From Candidatus Acidiferrum sp. (lineage in GTDB: Bacteria; Acidobacteriota; Terriglobia; Acidiferrales; UBA7541): a stretch of DNA of 64,000 nucleotides. The stretch is from assembly GCA_035279745.1 (NCBI GenBank), contig DATEHE010000008.1, forward strand, positions 8,358-72,357. The letters are read 5' to 3'. The notes under the pieces are model-generated. The model was not told where the DNA came from. It did no database searches and was given only the letters and a program-made list of their open reading frames with translations. This document shows, piece by piece, positions 31,092 to 40,045 of this stretch (positions within the stretch are counted from its first letter, which is position 1; every line of letters starts with the position of its first letter). Made by a program: the position numbers and the translations under genes.

Positions 31092-31940
31092 TCAGTTCAG
31101 CAATAGGTCCAGGCTGTTGGAGAGGAAGGTTTTCAGGTTCTTTCGATGCACCACGGCGTCCAGAAAGCCGTGTTCCAGCAGAAATTCCGCCCGCTGAAAT
31201 CCTTCCGGCAGTTTCTGACGAATAGTCTGTTCGATCACGCGCGGTCCCGCGAATCCGATCATCGCTCCCGGTTCCGCGATATTCAGATCGCCAAGCATCG
31301 CGAAGCTGGCGGTGACCCCGCCCGTTGTCGGATCCGTCAACAGCGAAAGGTAGGGCACCTTGGCTTCATCCAGCCGCGCCAACGCCGCCGAGACTTTAGC
31401 CAATTGCATCAGGCTGATCGCGCCTTCTTGCATGCGCGCCCCGCTTGAACAGGAAACGATGATGAGCGGCTGCCGTGTTTCGATGCCTAGCTCGATCGCT
31501 CGCGTAATCTTTTCCCCAACCACTGCTCCCATCGAGCCGCCCACGAATCCAAATTCCATGACGCAGCAGACCACCCCTCGGCCATTCAATCTGCCTTCCG
31601 CCGTAATCACCGCATCGTTCATTCCCAGTTTCTTGCGCGCCTCTTTCAGTCGGGCCGTGTAGGGTTTGCTGTCCACAAATTTCAATGGATCGGTCGACAT
31701 CATTCCCGTGTCATGCTCCGTCCAGCGCGAATCCAGCAGCATCTCCAGCCGCTGTTTCGCATTCATCTTGAAATGAAATTGGCACTTCGGGCAGACGTGC
31801 AGGTTTGTCTCCAGGTCCTTGCGAAAAACGATCGTGCCGCACGATTCGCACTTGGCCCACAGGCCTTCCGTGCGCACCCGTCTCTCCTCCGGCGGCGTGC
31901 TTTGCTCAATGGATTTTTTTTCGCGTTTGAACCAGGCCAT
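31092..31940 (-). CDS. accD: acetyl-CoA carboxylase carboxyltransferase beta subunit
   Basis: N-terminal zinc ribbon CESCGTIVFRKDLETNLHVCPKCQFH plus a carboxyltransferase domain. Confidence 0.9.
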   Translation of the reverse strand: MAWFKREKKSIEQSTPPEERRVRTEGLWAKCESCGTIVFRKDLETNLHVCPKCQFHFKMNAKQRLEMLLDSRWTEHDTGMMSTDPLKFVDSKPYTARLKEARKKLGMNDAVITAEGRLNGRGVVCCVMEFGFVGGSMGAVVGEKITRAIELGIETRQPLIIVSCSSGARMQEGAISLMQLAKVSAALARLDEAKVPYLSLLTDPTTGGVTASFAMLGDLNIAEPGAMIGFAGPRVIEQTIRQKLPEGFQRAEFLLEHGFLDAVVHRKNLKTFLSNSLDLLLN

Positions 31941-32037
31941 ACGTGTGAGTCTTCCAAAGACTCTTATCTCAACCGCAATTCAGCCTCTCGGCTGCAACTC
32001 CAACCACTTTTTGCTTCCGCCGACCGGCGGGCAACCT

Positions 32038-32574
32038 CTAATAGTCGATTCCCCGTTGTGCCAGTATACCCTTGGTGTACGGGTGTTTCACCTCGCGCAT
32101 CTCCGTAACCAGATCCGCCGCTTCCACCAGCCCCGGATGCGCATTCCTTCCCGTGCAGATCACGTGCACCCGTTCCGGCTTGCCTTTCAGGGCTTCGATA
32201 ATCTCCGTCGCATCCAGCATGTGGTAGCTGATCACGTAGTTGATCTCGTCCAGCACCACCAAATCATACTTTCCGCCGTATATCGCTTCCCGGCCCGTCT
32301 CCCAGCATTCCCGCGCCAGCTTGATATCTTCCGGATCCGTTTCCGCTCCTCCGATTTTCACGAATCCTCGCCCCATGGGCCGGATTTCAAATTTGTCGTC
32401 GCCCAGCATTTTGGCCGCGTCCAGTTCGCCGTAGTGCCACGATCCTTTGATGAATTGCACCATCAGCACGCGCAATCCCTGCCCGACCGCGCGAAACGCC
32501 GTCCCCAGCGCACAGGTCGTTTTGCCCTTGCCGGGTCCGGTGTAAACAATCAGCAGTCCCTTCTCTTCCGGCAT
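32038..32574 (-). CDS. cobO: cob(I)yrinic acid a,c-diamide adenosyltransferase
   Basis: Contains GPGKGKTTCALG, VQFIKG and LDEINY, which is typical of CobA/CobO/BtuR. Confidence 0.85.
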   Translation of the reverse strand: MPEEKGLLIVYTGPGKGKTTCALGTAFRAVGQGLRVLMVQFIKGSWHYGELDAAKMLGDDKFEIRPMGRGFVKIGGAETDPEDIKLARECWETGREAIYGGKYDLVVLDEINYVISYHMLDATEIIEALKGKPERVHVICTGRNAHPGLVEAADLVTEMREVKHPYTKGILAQRGIDY

Positions 32575-32608
32575 ATTCCGCTGCCTCGCTTGTGCTCCCT
32601 GAAATCGT

Positions 32609-33052
32609 TCAGGCTAATCCAAGCCGTCTCGCGAACTCGGTTGCCACGGCAGCAAGACTTTCTTTTGTCGCCGCTGGCAGAGCCGTTTTCGGCTTGCCGT
32701 GCGTATCGCGCACGATGATCCATAAACCCGGACGATATACTTCGTCATCGCCCGGACAGATGGCTCCGGTGAGCTGCGTGATTTCAAGAGGAAGCGGCTC
32801 CGAGTGCGTGATTACGTGTTTCAAATGGCCGGCGCCAGCCGATGCAGCCGGAGGACGACAGAGAAGCTCCATCAGAACGCCGCGCGCATCATCCACAAGG
32901 TCGCGAAAGCCTTGCGACACAAGTATCAGGTCCACATCGCGCGGAGTCGGCTGTTCCATCTCCAACAGGTTGTAATCGGGCAGCGGCTTTTCCAGCGCGA
33001 TTTCGATCGCCGCCGATGGCTGGTCTTCGTCGGGAATAATGCGGATGGACAT
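32609..33052 (-). CDS. hypothetical protein
   Basis: 147-aa ORF in the same orientation as its neighbours. No recognisable motif. Confidence 0.4.
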   Translation of the reverse strand: MSIRIIPDEDQPSAAIEIALEKPLPDYNLLEMEQPTPRDVDLILVSQGFRDLVDDARGVLMELLCRPPAASAGAGHLKHVITHSEPLPLEITQLTGAICPGDDEVYRPGLWIIVRDTHGKPKTALPAATKESLAAVATEFARRLGLA

Positions 33053-33078
33053 GGCCTTTAGGTTTTACACCAGAGCGG

Positions 33079-33507
33079 CTATTTCGGATAGGGGCTGCCG
33101 GAAAGGATGGCAAACGCTCGGTAGAGCTGTTCCGCAAGCATCGCGCGCGCCAGTTCGTGGGAGTAGGTCATCGGACTGAGCGAGAGTTTTTGCGGGACGC
33201 GCGCCCGCAATTCTTCTGGAAAACCGTCCGCATCTCCGCATACAAAAATGAGTTCACGCGTTCCCCGATCTCGCTGTTCGCCAATCCATTTCGCGAAGGC
33301 TTCGGAGCTGAGCGCCCTTCCTCCAGCGTCCAAAAGAACTACTGTGGCAGCTCGCTCCGCGTCCAGCTTTTTGACGGCAGCTGAGCTGTCCCGCACTTCC
33401 GCGACCTCAATCGGCGACTGCCTTCCAATGCGCTTCACGTAGTCTTCAATCGTGGCGCGCATCTCCGCGCCGCGCGTCTTCCCCAGCATCAGCAGGAGAA
33501 TCTTCAC
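33079..33507 (-). CDS. rlmH: 23S rRNA (pseudouridine1915-N3)-methyltransferase
   Basis: 142-aa SPOUT-type sequence (VCGDADGF, LSLSPMTYSHELAR). Its GTG start overlaps the stop of the upstream gene by 4 nt. Confidence 0.85.
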   Translation of the reverse strand: MKILLLMLGKTRGAEMRATIEDYVKRIGRQSPIEVAEVRDSSAAVKKLDAERAATVVLLDAGGRALSSEAFAKWIGEQRDRGTRELIFVCGDADGFPEELRARVPQKLSLSPMTYSHELARAMLAEQLYRAFAILSGSPYPK

Positions 33508-34442
33508 TTCAGTCCGTATTTCTTGCGTTTTTCGAGCAGCGTCTTGCGGCTGATTCCCAGCGCCTTCGCCGAACGGGTGATCCGGTAGCGCGTGGCTTCG
33601 AGCGTAGCGGCGATCGCCTCCCGCTCGATGTCTTCCAGGCTGCGCAATCCCGTCAGCGGTCCCATGACGCCGCCCGCCCCGCGCATGTTCTCCGGGAAAT
33701 CCTCAGGGTTCAGCGAGTCGCCGTGCGAAAAAACCACCGCGCGTTCCAGCGCATTTCGCAACTCGCGCACGTTTCCAGGCCATCCGTATCCACTTAGCAT
33801 GCGGCGCGACGCTTCGCTCAGATGGGCTCCGGGGCGACCATGAATGGCGCGGAGCGAGGCCAGCAGATGTTCCGCAAGCGGCAAAATATCCGCGCGGCGC
33901 TCCCGAAGCGGGGCGACCGTCAAAGCGAGTACATTCAATCGGAAGAACAAGTCCTCGCGAAACTGGCCGCTGGCCACGGCGGCGGCAAGATCCGCGTTCG
34001 TCAATGCGATAATGCGCGCTTCGATTCGGAGAGTCTCTGTTCCGCCCAGGCGCTCGAAGGCGCGCTCTTGCAGGACGCGCAGCAATTTGCCTTGAGCCGA
34101 AGCGGTGAGTGCCGCGACTTCGTCGAGCACGATTGTTCCCGCTCCGCCAAGTTCCAGACGGCCCAGCTTGCGTTCCACCGCGCCGGTGAATGCTCCTGCC
34201 TCGTGCCCGAAAAGCTCGCTCTCCACCAGATTTGGTGGAAGTCCCGCGCAATCGATTTTCAAGTACGGCGCGTCGCGCCGCGGCCCCAACTCATGGACGA
34301 GCCGCGCAAGATGGTCTTTGCCTGTCCCGCTCTCCCCGCTAATCAGCAGCGTGGTAGCCGCCGCGGCAACTTTTTGCGCCAACTCCAACAGGCGCTGAGA
34401 CGCCGGCTCTTGCGCGATCCACGGCAATCGCTCCGTGCTCAT
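33504..34442 (-). CDS. sigma-54-interacting transcriptional activator lacking a sensory domain (AAA+ plus Fis-type HTH)
   Basis: Walker A GESGTGKD, the GAFTGA loop (HEAGAFTGAV), Walker B IVLDEV and a C-terminal HTH (AKALGISRKTLLEKRKKYGL). There is no receiver, GAF or PAS domain in front. Confidence 0.85.
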   Translation of the reverse strand: MSTERLPWIAQEPASQRLLELAQKVAAAATTLLISGESGTGKDHLARLVHELGPRRDAPYLKIDCAGLPPNLVESELFGHEAGAFTGAVERKLGRLELGGAGTIVLDEVAALTASAQGKLLRVLQERAFERLGGTETLRIEARIIALTNADLAAAVASGQFREDLFFRLNVLALTVAPLRERRADILPLAEHLLASLRAIHGRPGAHLSEASRRMLSGYGWPGNVRELRNALERAVVFSHGDSLNPEDFPENMRGAGGVMGPLTGLRSLEDIEREAIAATLEATRYRITRSAKALGISRKTLLEKRKKYGLK

Positions 34443-34864
34443 GTTTTCCAGGCTTCGCCGGCGGCTTGCGGCTCTCCAAGCGAACGCACGCGCGCGGCAA
34501 CTTCCGGCTCGTCGGGGATTTCCAGCTTTGGCGAGGACCGCCAGAGCCGCTCGAGGTCATAAAAACGGCGGGCTTCTTCGCTGAAGACGTGAACGATAAT
34601 TCCGCCGAAATCCAGCAGCGCCCATTCCGCGGAGCTATATCCTTCGCGATGCTTCGGCGAGCGGTGCAGATGCTTTTCGAACTGGTCTTCGATTTCCGTG
34701 CAGATGGCTTGGACCTGCGGCGTGCTGAATCCCGTGCAGATTACGAAATAATCCGTGAAGGCACCGACGCCGCTCAAGTCGAGAACGGTAATCCCCGAGG
34801 CTTTTTTGTTTTGCGCCGCCTCGACAGCCAGACGGACTCCCTGTGGCAACGATTCCAATTTCAC
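34439..34864 (-). CDS. rsfS: ribosome silencing factor
   Basis: RsfS/Iojap-like core (DYFVICTG, EWALLDFGGIIVHVF). Confidence 0.85.
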   Translation of the reverse strand: MKLESLPQGVRLAVEAAQNKKASGITVLDLSGVGAFTDYFVICTGFSTPQVQAICTEIEDQFEKHLHRSPKHREGYSSAEWALLDFGGIIVHVFSEEARRFYDLERLWRSSPKLEIPDEPEVAARVRSLGEPQAAGEAWKT

Positions 34865-35580
34865 CGGTACAGGCCCTGCTTCAGAATGTATTCCTCGACG
34901 CGCACCGAGACAAGTCCATGAATGGCCTGGCCGCGATTCACCCGTTTGCGGATGTCCGTGGCGGAGACGTCACTCGAAACATTTTCGAGCAGATACACGA
35001 TCGTGCCACGAAGTCGCGCGACAATCTGCGATGGCGGGATTTCTGCTTCCTTCTTCGGATCGGGGCGCGCAATTAAATCGGGAGGAATCACCAATCGCAA
35101 CGCTTCGGCCCGAATTCCGGGCCGGTTGGCGATGATGAAATCGCATAGGCCCAGCAGCGTCTCATACTCTTTCCAGACCGGAATATCGAGAAAGGCGTCG
35201 GCTCCAACTATGAAATAGATGCGGTCCCCTTGGCCGTGGTACGCGTGACGGAAGTATCGAACGGTGTCCACCGAGTAATGTAGCTGCGTGCCGCTGAAAT
35301 CCTCACCCGCCTCCGCAAGCGAAGGAATGAAGTGCGGATGTTCCGCGCAGGCAAGCGAAGCCATGGCAAAGCGATGCGGGAAAGGCGCGAGATGCTGCTT
35401 CAGCTTGTGGGGCGGCCGGCTCGCGGGAATGAAATGAATCTCGTCGAAATTGAAACGGCGGTCCGCCGAGCGGGCCACGGCGAGGTGACCGTTATGAATC
35501 GGGTCGAAGGAACCGCCAAAAAGCGCGATGCGGCGGGGATGTTGTTTTGCGGCGGTGCGGTGCGCCTGCGCTGTGGTCAA
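34861..35580 (-). CDS. nadD: nicotinate-nucleotide adenylyltransferase
   Basis: FGGSFDPIHNGH motif and ISATDIR near the C-terminus. Confidence 0.85.
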   Translation of the reverse strand: MTTAQAHRTAAKQHPRRIALFGGSFDPIHNGHLAVARSADRRFNFDEIHFIPASRPPHKLKQHLAPFPHRFAMASLACAEHPHFIPSLAEAGEDFSGTQLHYSVDTVRYFRHAYHGQGDRIYFIVGADAFLDIPVWKEYETLLGLCDFIIANRPGIRAEALRLVIPPDLIARPDPKKEAEIPPSQIVARLRGTIVYLLENVSSDVSATDIRKRVNRGQAIHGLVSVRVEEYILKQGLYR

Positions 35581-35613
35581 TGCGCCTCCCGGGAGGTCAT
35601 CGCCGGTATTTTC

Positions 35614-36771
<1,158 letters not shown>

Positions 36772-36837
36772 TTATGGTCAAAGAATATCAGATGCGGGGA
36801 AACGCGATGCGAATCGAGCTGCTTCAGCCGGGTCGAA

Positions 36838-37119
36838 TCAGTTCGCGGCGGCGGATTTAGCTGCGGCGGCGGGTTCGACGCTGATGAATCGGCCGTGCCG
36901 GCCACGATCCTGAAACTTGACGTAGCCGGTGACGAGCGCGAAGAGCGTGTCGTCCTTGCCCTGGCCGACGTTTTCGCCGGCTTGATGTTTCGTTCCGCGC
37001 TGGCGCACGAGAATTGTGCCCGCGTTTACAAGCTGCCCGCCAAAACGCTTCACGCCGAGCCTTTGCCCGTGCGAGTCGCGCCCGTTAACCGAAGAGCCGC
37101 CACCTTTTTTATGTGCCAT
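36838..37119 (-). CDS. rpmA: 50S ribosomal protein L27
   Basis: [24 protein letters not shown], which is typical L27. Confidence 0.95.
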   Translation of the reverse strand: MAHKKGGGSSVNGRDSHGQRLGVKRFGGQLVNAGTILVRQRGTKHQAGENVGQGKDDTLFALVTGYVKFQDRGRHGRFISVEPAAAAKSAAAN

Positions 37120-37178
37120 GACGAATTTCCTTTTCCGTGAAGATCGCTATCGAGCCGAATCGTTCCCGGCTCGAAAAA

Positions 37179-37490
37179 TTACAGCTTGATGTCGCTGACC
37201 TCAACGGCGGTGTAATTCTGCCGGTGGCCGCGGGCAATCTTGTACTGATTGCCTTTCTTAAATTTCAGAACCTTGATTTTTGGAGCGCGGCCCTGCGCCA
37301 CAATCTTTCCGCTGACGCTGGCTTTGGAAGCATCGTCGCCGAGGACAATCTTCTTTTCGCCAGTGTGAACGGCAAGGACTTTCCCGAAGGTCACTTTTTC
37401 GCCGACTTCGCCGGCGACGCGCTCAATGCGAATGGTGTCGCCGGGTGCGACGCGATACTGCTTTCCCCCGGATTGAATGACGGCGTACAT
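37179..37490 (-). CDS. rplU: 50S ribosomal protein L21
   Basis: MYAVIQSGGKQYRV, which is typical L21. Confidence 0.95.
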   Translation of the reverse strand: MYAVIQSGGKQYRVAPGDTIRIERVAGEVGEKVTFGKVLAVHTGEKKIVLGDDASKASVSGKIVAQGRAPKIKVLKFKKGNQYKIARGHRQNYTAVEVSDIKL

Positions 37491-37668
37491 CTACCCTCCA
37501 AGCTCAAAAGACAAACGTTGATTATACGGGTTGACCTCCCCGACGGTCAACGAATTGGTACGCAGAAGCAATTGCCGCCAGTGAAAAATTCCCCTTGCAC
37601 AGCGCGCCAGACTCGAAACACGACAAAGGGAATTGGCAGGGGTTCCTGGGACCCTACCCCCTAATTTT

Positions 37669-37755
37669 GTAAGTGTTGCAGATAAAGGACTTAGCCTATC
37701 TGCAAGTGCTTTAGAATGAACACTTACGAGGGGCTTGCAAGTGTTCATTCTAAAG
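37669..37755. repeat. nested, mutually exclusive inverted repeats upstream of rplU
   Basis: A perfect 17-bp stem joins 37709-37725 to 37739-37755. A 9-bp stem joins 37676-37684 to 37697-37705. A competing 9-bp pairing joins 37669-37677 to 37719-37727. Confidence 0.6.
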
Positions 37756-38063
37756 ATGTTAGCCAGCGAGCCCGGCAGCGCCCATCGGGCAAAAGTTAAC
37801 GTTAGCTAACTCGTATAATACCGAAATGGCTATCAGATGTCAATCGAAAAATGAAGGAGGTGAAGGCAGGTGGATGGGCGGTGGGCCGACGAAGGAAGAC
37901 CTAAAAGTACCAGGACTCGAACGACGATTTGGACCTTTCGGCGAGCAACTTTTGCCGGGCGGCGGAGTTAAATAACACAGGCGCAGTGGCATTGAGACGC
38001 CTGCAGTCACTTGGATCCAGACCACTTAACGGTCGGCGACACAGGTCTAGGGAGGACACGTAA

Positions 38064-38708
38064 ATGAGATTCATAAAGTACTTCGCTCTTTTGGCGGTAC
38101 TCGGGTTTATGGCGGTAACGCCCTCCCAGGCTCAAGTCAGCGTCGGCGTGGGAGTCGGATACGGACCGGGCGACTACGCTTACGATTACCCTCCCCCGGT
38201 CTGTCCCTACGGCTACTACTCTTATTATCCTTATGCCTGTGCGCCCTACGGATACTACGGACCTGACTGGTTCGTGAGCGGCGTATTTATCGGCGCGGGT
38301 CCATGGTTCCACGGCTGGGGGCACGGATACTGGGGCCACGATTGGGATGATCGGGGCTGGGGCCGGCGAGGCTGGGGAGACCGTGAGTGGAGAGACCGCG
38401 GTTGGAGAGGCGGCAGGGGCTGGGACGGCGGCCATCGAGGATTCGCAGAACGCGGTTTTGGCGGTCGCGGGCACTTTGACGGGCCGCGCGGCGGATTTGG
38501 CGGCGGACACGGTCACGAAGGATTTCGTGGCAACGGCGGGTTCCACGGCAACGGCGGCTTTCATGGTGGAGGTGGTTTCCACGGAGGCGGAGGAGGCTTC
38601 CACGGCGGAGGCAGTGGTGGTTTCCATGGCGGTGGTGGCTCCCACGGTGGCGGAGGCTTTCACGGCGGTGGGGGACATGGAGGCGGGCACGGCGGCGGGC
38701 GCCACTAG
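38064..38708 (+). CDS. secreted Gly/His/Arg/Trp-rich low-complexity protein
   Basis: GGGAGGA sits 8 nt upstream of the ATG. The protein has a signal peptide (AVTPSQAQ), then Tyr/Pro/Cys-rich, RGW-repeat and GGFHG-repeat zones. A rho-independent terminator follows on the same strand. Confidence 0.6.
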   Translation: MRFIKYFALLAVLGFMAVTPSQAQVSVGVGVGYGPGDYAYDYPPPVCPYGYYSYYPYACAPYGYYGPDWFVSGVFIGAGPWFHGWGHGYWGHDWDDRGWGRRGWGDREWRDRGWRGGRGWDGGHRGFAERGFGGRGHFDGPRGGFGGGHGHEGFRGNGGFHGNGGFHGGGGFHGGGGGFHGGGSGGFHGGGGSHGGGGFHGGGGHGGGHGGGRH

Positions 38709-38747
38709 TCACGCCTGACACTCCGAGTTACCTTGAATCATCCGAAT

Positions 38748-38784
38748 GGCCGGCAGCGAAAGTTGCCGGCCGTTTTGTTTTTTT
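38748..38784 (+). terminator. rho-independent terminator
   Basis: GGCCGGCA/TGCCGGCC 8-bp stem with an 8-nt loop, followed by GTTTTGTTTTTTT. Confidence 0.7.
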
Positions 38785-38916
38785 GGAAGCAGCTTCAGAG
38801 CAAAAGGCTCAGTCTGCCGGAATCCGCAATCGCAGTGCGAGGACCGAACGGAAGGGACGGGCTTTTCGACAGGAACCGCATGAAGTATCGTATCGGGCGC
38901 TCGTTCTAGATGAGGC

Positions 38917-39774
38917 TTGGATCCACTGCGAGCGTGTTTGTGGATCGGTGTGAGAAGGGAAGGCGAAGTGCCGACAATTGAATTGCCCCAGTCACCCCAT
39001 GCGGCGGGGCATAAGCCGGTACATATTTATTACCGGGAATTCGGGAGGGGGAGACCGCTCGTGATTTTGCACGGCGGCTGGGGTTATGGGGTCTATCCCT
39101 TCCAGAAACAGATTGAGAGCTTCCAGAGCCAGCGGCGTTTGGTGATTCCAGACCGAACCGGATACGGCCGCTCGACAAGGGTGAACGGGGAGATGCCGCT
39201 GGATTTTCACCAGCGGGCGGCGCAGGAAACGCTCGCGCTGCTGGACGCGCTGAACATCCAGAAAGCAGCATTTTGGGGACACAGCGACGGAGCGGTCATC
39301 GCAGCCATGCTCGGACTGAGAACCCCAGAGCGCTGCGAGGCTCTCATTCTGGAAGCATTTCATTACCTCCGCAGAAAACCCAAATCGCGAAGTTTTTTCG
39401 AACGCTTCACGGCGCACCCCGAAGACTTGGGAGAAGAAACAAAGCGCATGCTTGCGGAGGACCACGGCGAGGCGGATTGGAAGAGAGTGCCGGCAAGAAA
39501 CTGCGGAGCATGGATCCGAATCGCCGATCAAGCAAGTCAGGGCGAGGAGGATTTATACGCGGGGAAGCTTGGAGAATTGAGAGTGCCCACGCTTTTTCTG
39601 CATGGGAGGCTCGACCCGAGGACGGAACCCGGAGAAATGGAGATGGTTCGGGCGAGGCTGCCACACGTCCAAATCAAAATGATCGAGAATGGGAAACACA
39701 GCCCGCACAGCGAAGCCGAGGCGTTTGAGGAATGCAACGCACTGGCGCGCGCGTTTCTTAGTGCTGCCACATAA
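38917..39774 (+). CDS. alpha/beta hydrolase
   Basis: HGGWG oxyanion region, nucleophile elbow GHSDGA and a C-terminal NGKHSPH. The start codon is uncertain. Confidence 0.8.
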   Translation: MDPLRACLWIGVRREGEVPTIELPQSPHAAGHKPVHIYYREFGRGRPLVILHGGWGYGVYPFQKQIESFQSQRRLVIPDRTGYGRSTRVNGEMPLDFHQRAAQETLALLDALNIQKAAFWGHSDGAVIAAMLGLRTPERCEALILEAFHYLRRKPKSRSFFERFTAHPEDLGEETKRMLAEDHGEADWKRVPARNCGAWIRIADQASQGEEDLYAGKLGELRVPTLFLHGRLDPRTEPGEMEMVRARLPHVQIKMIENGKHSPHSEAEAFEECNALARAFLSAAT

Positions 39775-40045
39775 ATTCTGCAACCGCGAAAGCAGGGTGT
39801 GCTTGGGAACCGCGCGGCAGGTTCAAAAATATCCTCAGGCCTAATCTTTGCAACATATTGCCAACCCAGCGTTCATGTGCTAGAAACTTGACCCAATCCA
39901 AGATGGTTTAGTCACTTTTCGCGACAAGAGTTGTCTAGAGAAGCCGGCCTTGCATTTGAACGGAGAAACCCCCTCTGTAGCGGCAAAACGTGCATAAACG
40001 GGTGCGCTTGTTGGTAACAGTGCGAGAGATGGAGGAGATTCGGCC

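Noticed and set aside
28843-31225. Two long plus-strand ORFs (352 aa and 439 aa)
   Set aside because: They are antisense to purK/purE and to folC/accD, which have clear family signatures. Their products are Arg/Ser/Pro-rich and look random.
38007-38705. 232-aa Ala/Thr/Val/Pro-rich ORF on the minus strand
   Set aside because: It is the mirror image of the Gly/His-rich repeat gene. The plus strand has the Shine-Dalgarno sequence, the signal peptide and the downstream terminator, so the minus ORF is treated as an artefact of the low-complexity repeats.
38521-38705. Tandem repeats considered as a possible CRISPR or VNTR array
   Set aside because: The units are short, imperfect and in frame, encoding (G)nFHG. 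There are no unique spacers, so they are coding repeats and not a CRISPR array. No CRISPR-like array was seen anywhere in the window.
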